A stretch of 63,948 nucleotides of DNA, counting the filler, from Dimargaris cristalligena (taxonomy: Eukaryota): NCBI GenBank assembly GCA_003614675.1. It is 4 parts of 4 records of this genome, joined end to end, with 100 filler letters (N's around TTAATTAATTAA, not from the genome) between each part and the next. Parts side by side here need not be neighbours in the genome. Positions count along the whole stretch, not along the records: positions 49,715 to 63,948 come from ML002956.1; 3 more parts are not named here. The stretch is one strand, 5' to 3'. A program made the position numbers and the translations under genes. Shown piece by piece: positions 60,317-63,948 of this stretch. Position 1 is the stretch's first letter; each line of letters starts with the position of its first letter. The notes under the pieces are model-generated. The model was not told the origin of the DNA and searched no databases. It saw nothing but the letters and a program-made list of their open reading frames with translations.

Positions 60317-62915
60317 ATGTCTCAATGTCAACCCATCGCGCAGCGCCCTGATTTCGGCAGGTTGGGCAGTAACATTCCAATCAATGCCAATTGTTTTGAA
60401 ATCAAGTCATTTGGTGAGGGCCTAGTTCACCATTATTCCATCCAATTTTCACCCGCAATACCGTCCGAACTGATCTGGGGAGTATTCGAAGTTTTCGAGA
60501 GTCAGCAGCGCTTCAAATTATTTAAAGGCACCTACCCCGTTTTTGACGGAGAGTCCAGTATGTACTCCCCCGTGGAAATAAACCCTGAGCATGTAATTGC
60601 CGAATTAAGTATGGAAATACCCCGGGACCAGATGTGGCTCGATAGTAGCCCTCAAGACAAGGGCCCTAAACAACTTAAAGTGGCTTTGATACCTATCAAA
60701 AGCATCGATCTGCGTAGTCTCCGCAAATATATTGCCGGGCGAATCGAGCTTAACTACGAGGTCCAGTCAGCTATCAGTATTCTCGACGTTGCGTTTCACC
60801 ACCGGCCCGCTAGCAAGTACCCTAGCGCCAAGAACTCCTTCTACATGCCCGAGGGGAAGCAAACCATCTCGGGGGGCATAGAAATCCGGCCGGGGCTCTA
60901 CCAGTCGGTGTGCCCCACCCAGGGCAGGGTTCTACTGAATGTCGACGTCACCGCAGCCGCTTTCTACTCCCCCGGTCCGCTGCACATGGTCCTAGTTAAG
61001 TGCTTCAACAAGACCGCCCCCCTCGAGTTGCTCGACCTTACCAATGACGAGTGGCGCAAACTGAAGAAAATGGTCAAGGGGCTTGCCGTAAAGCTGACCC
61101 ACCGAGATAAGGGGGACTACGTTTTTAAGATCAAGCGCATTCAGGATTACGGGGCCGACTAAGACAGGTTCGAGCTTCGCAAGAACGGCTATATGAGGGC
61201 TGAAATTTCAGTGTTGGATCACTTTTCTAACCTCCTGCAAACTCCGGTGCGCTATCCCACCCTGCCCTGTGTAGTGTTGAATTGCGGAGCCAGAATACCC
61301 TTGGAGTTTTGCACGGTGGTCTCTGGTCAGCGCTATTTGCGCACACTTGATGAGCGCCAGACCACCGAAATGATTGATTTTGCGTGTGTGGGGCCCCAGG
61401 AGCGTTTTAAACGCATTACTAAGCAGGTCTCGGACCTGCTTTGTTTCAATTCCAATCCCTACCTGAAGGCGTTTGGTATCAAAATGAGTGATCAGCTGCT
61501 CAGCATCAATGGGCGCCAGCTGCCTCCGCCCACCGTGGTCTACGGCGGCCATTCCAGGAATCGTAAAGTCGAGCCCAAGGATGGGTCCTGGAATATGCGT
61601 GGCAAGCGATTCTTCGAGGGTGCGAGAATCAAGTCATACGGTGTCCTGGTTTTGGACCGGGACAATGACCAATCCCGAAGAATAATGAGTAAGTTTATGG
61701 AACAGCTTAACCAAACTCTGTTCGACATGGGCGTCGATTTAATTGATATACCATTCTCCGACACATCCAACCCTGATATGGACATCGATTTGATGCAACA
61801 ACAACTCCCCATCACATTTGTGCATATCTTGGGCGGACTTTCCGCGAATCTGTCAAAGGCAAGGATGGAAGCCAGGGGCAAATTCCGTGAAGAGCCGCAG
61901 ATTATCTATGTTCTGTTCAACCCCACGGCCAGATCCGTGTATGGGGAGATCAAGCGCATCACGGAAACGGAAATGGGGATTGTTACCCAGTGCATGATGC
62001 TGTCCAAGATCTGCCAGCCTAACAATTCTCAGTACATGAACAATGTGGCTCTTAAAGTCAACGTAAAACTGGGGGGTATTAACGGGCAGCTGAAGCTGGA
62101 CCAATCCCTTTTCTTATCCAATGGATCGACTATGGTCATTGGCGCTGACGTCTCCCACCCTGGCCCGGATAATAGGACCGACCCATCCATTGCCGCGGTC
62201 GTCGGGTCGATTGACAAATCGATTACTCGGTTCGCCAGCGAGGACCGTGTCCTGCCGCTATACCAAAAAATTATTCCCTACTTATACGAGCCCGTAAGCA
62301 AACTTCTCGAGGCCTTAAAGGAAAAAAACCAATGCCCGCCCGGCCGGATCCTCTGTTATCGGACCGGTTTACCAGAAACCCATTACCATGATATGCTAAA
62401 CAAGGAGCTGACTGAAATTCAAAAGGCCGTCAATGGAGTTTGCAAAAATAAGATGGTAAATATTACCATAATTGTTTGCCAAAAGCGCCATCACATGCGG
62501 TTTAGCCCCCTCAACCGCAGCCGAGGCGACCGCTCGGGGAACTGCCCCGCTGGCACCGTCGTGGACCGTGATGTGACCCATCCCACAGAATTTGATTTCT
62601 TTTTGCAGTCTCATAGGGGGCTTCGAGGCACATCCCGCCCCACCCGGTACATCGTCCTGCACGATGATAATGGTTTCACCGCTGATGATTTGCAGCAATT
62701 GACAAATCAGTTGTGCTACTTGTACCCGCTCGGTGTCGCTTTGCCCTCCCGCGTACTTTGCCCATTTGCTAGCTACCCGGGCCCGCTTCCACCGCCGCAG
62801 TCAGAGTGACTTAGATGACAGTGTGAGTCAGGACACTCCTACTTATGGACACCTCGATGTCATTCAGCTGGCGTCGGTGTGGTCTGATGTACAGAAGGGG
62901 CTCTACTTTATGTAG
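60317..62915 (+). pseudogene. Disrupted Argonaute paralogue
   Basis: Collinear with 55764-58322. In-frame TAA at 61160-61162 (CAA in the intact copy), an 11-nt deletion and frameshift at about 62729, and catalytic-site changes RDG>RTG and RTE>YQK. Confidence 0.88.
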
Positions 62916-63948
62916 GGTCAGTATTTTACATTTCATTTTTTCATTTTGGCATACCTATGCTAGTTACACTGCCTAGGGATTCACCCCTCCCTCTAGTCTT
63001 CGGTTAAAAATATCCATCTCCGACTAGAATTATATATTAAAGAGCACTGTTCTTTGTCGCACATTTTACCTACACTCGCTTGTTAAAGTATCTTTAGGGG
63101 CATTATTATTATTATAGGATAGGTATCGTTAGGTTGAGCAAACCGGTATAGATGTGTATTGAATAAATACCAATTAACTAAAGAATCAACGATAGGAATT
63201 GGCTCGGTTTTATATAGCCGAGTTGTCTAAGGATAAAGGCGCCGAACCAGCGCAGAGCATACCGGTAAATACCACTAGACGATAGGATATCAAGTGTGAT
63301 AATAATGAATGTGCGATAATGAATAAATGGTATGGAATATATGAATCGAGCAGTGGGAATGGCAGAAGGAAGATGATCCTTCGATAATAGCACCTGGTTT
63401 TCAAACGGAGTGGGGGAATTCCTTCATCTCCTAGTTCAATGACCAGCCGGCTTCAATCCTATTAGTTATTATACACGATATGGTTGTAGCATCGACTATT
63501 CTCGGATATTCTCTCCTACCATAGTACTAAAGCGGTTGTATAATATTTATTTAAAAACATGTAGACAGTACTAGCCATAGAGTCCAGAAGGGTGCAATAG
63601 TCGTTCATGTTTATAAAACAAGAAAACGGCAATAAAAGGCGATTTTCCTGGCCATCATCTAATGGTATCTATATTTAGATGATGGACTGGCCGAACAATA
63701 GAGATACCTTTGGTAAAATATGAGGTTGTGGTTGTAATGACGCAATAGCGGTAAGCTTAGCCGGCTATTTCATTATAGAGGTTAAGCACTGATTTAGTAC
63801 TATACAGAAGATATGAAATACCCGATATCTATAGATGCTTGTTGTGGTTGCAATTAATGCCACAAGGTAATATAGCCCGATAACCTTATCAGGGCCAACT
63901 GGAGCAGCCTCAGTTTAGTGGGAAAAACTAACTAGCTAAGTGAAACAC

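Larger units (their letters stand above)
54797..63040 (+). repeat. Direct tandem duplication of about 3.65 kb (about 54797-58442 and about 59380-63040) covering promoter, 5'UTR intron, Argonaute CDS and 3'UTR
   Basis: Both units share gggcgtgatt.gtctc, gtacttgggacaa, gccg.tggcttctttattt, cgattccattca, a TATATAA box (55416 / 59993), the 5'UTR intron (55588-55746 / 60133-60299) and the 3' end ctctactttatgtaggg. Confidence 0.9.

Noticed and set aside
61160-61162. Stop-codon readthrough or reassignment in the second Argonaute
   Set aside because: TAA terminates normal genes here (PP2A, ATP synthase e, RPL39), and the copy also carries an independent frameshift.

Overview
Fungal nuclear DNA with GT-AG introns of about 150-400 nt and CTAAC/CTAAT branch sites. 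Gene style suggests an early-diverging fungus, possibly Zoopagomycota such as Dimargaris (inference only). The window is not one locus: three identical 100-nt linkers (44N-TTAATTAATTAA-44N) join four contigs, and the two complete ones are both exactly 16,470 bp, so this looks like a size-sorted concatenation. Recognisable genes: PP2A catalytic subunit, a small conserved mitochondrial-type protein, a Ste7/Byr1/Fuz7-like MAP2K, a signal-peptide + F-box-like protein, a partial tRNA-Glu(CTC), LETM1/MDM38 head-to-head with CDC16/APC6, ATP synthase subunit e, an intronless P450-reductase fusion, partial NOL11/Utp8, RPL39, and a tandem Argonaute pair (intact DEDD copy plus a disrupted copy lacking two slicer residues). 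Main leads: (1) a putative secreted F-box effector built from a signal+F-box exon; (2) RIP-like or methylation-driven C>T decay in kb-scale CpG-free tracts, affecting a repeat family and small secreted-peptide genes; (3) the Argonaute duplication; (4) a three-copy 141-144 bp MITE-like element.
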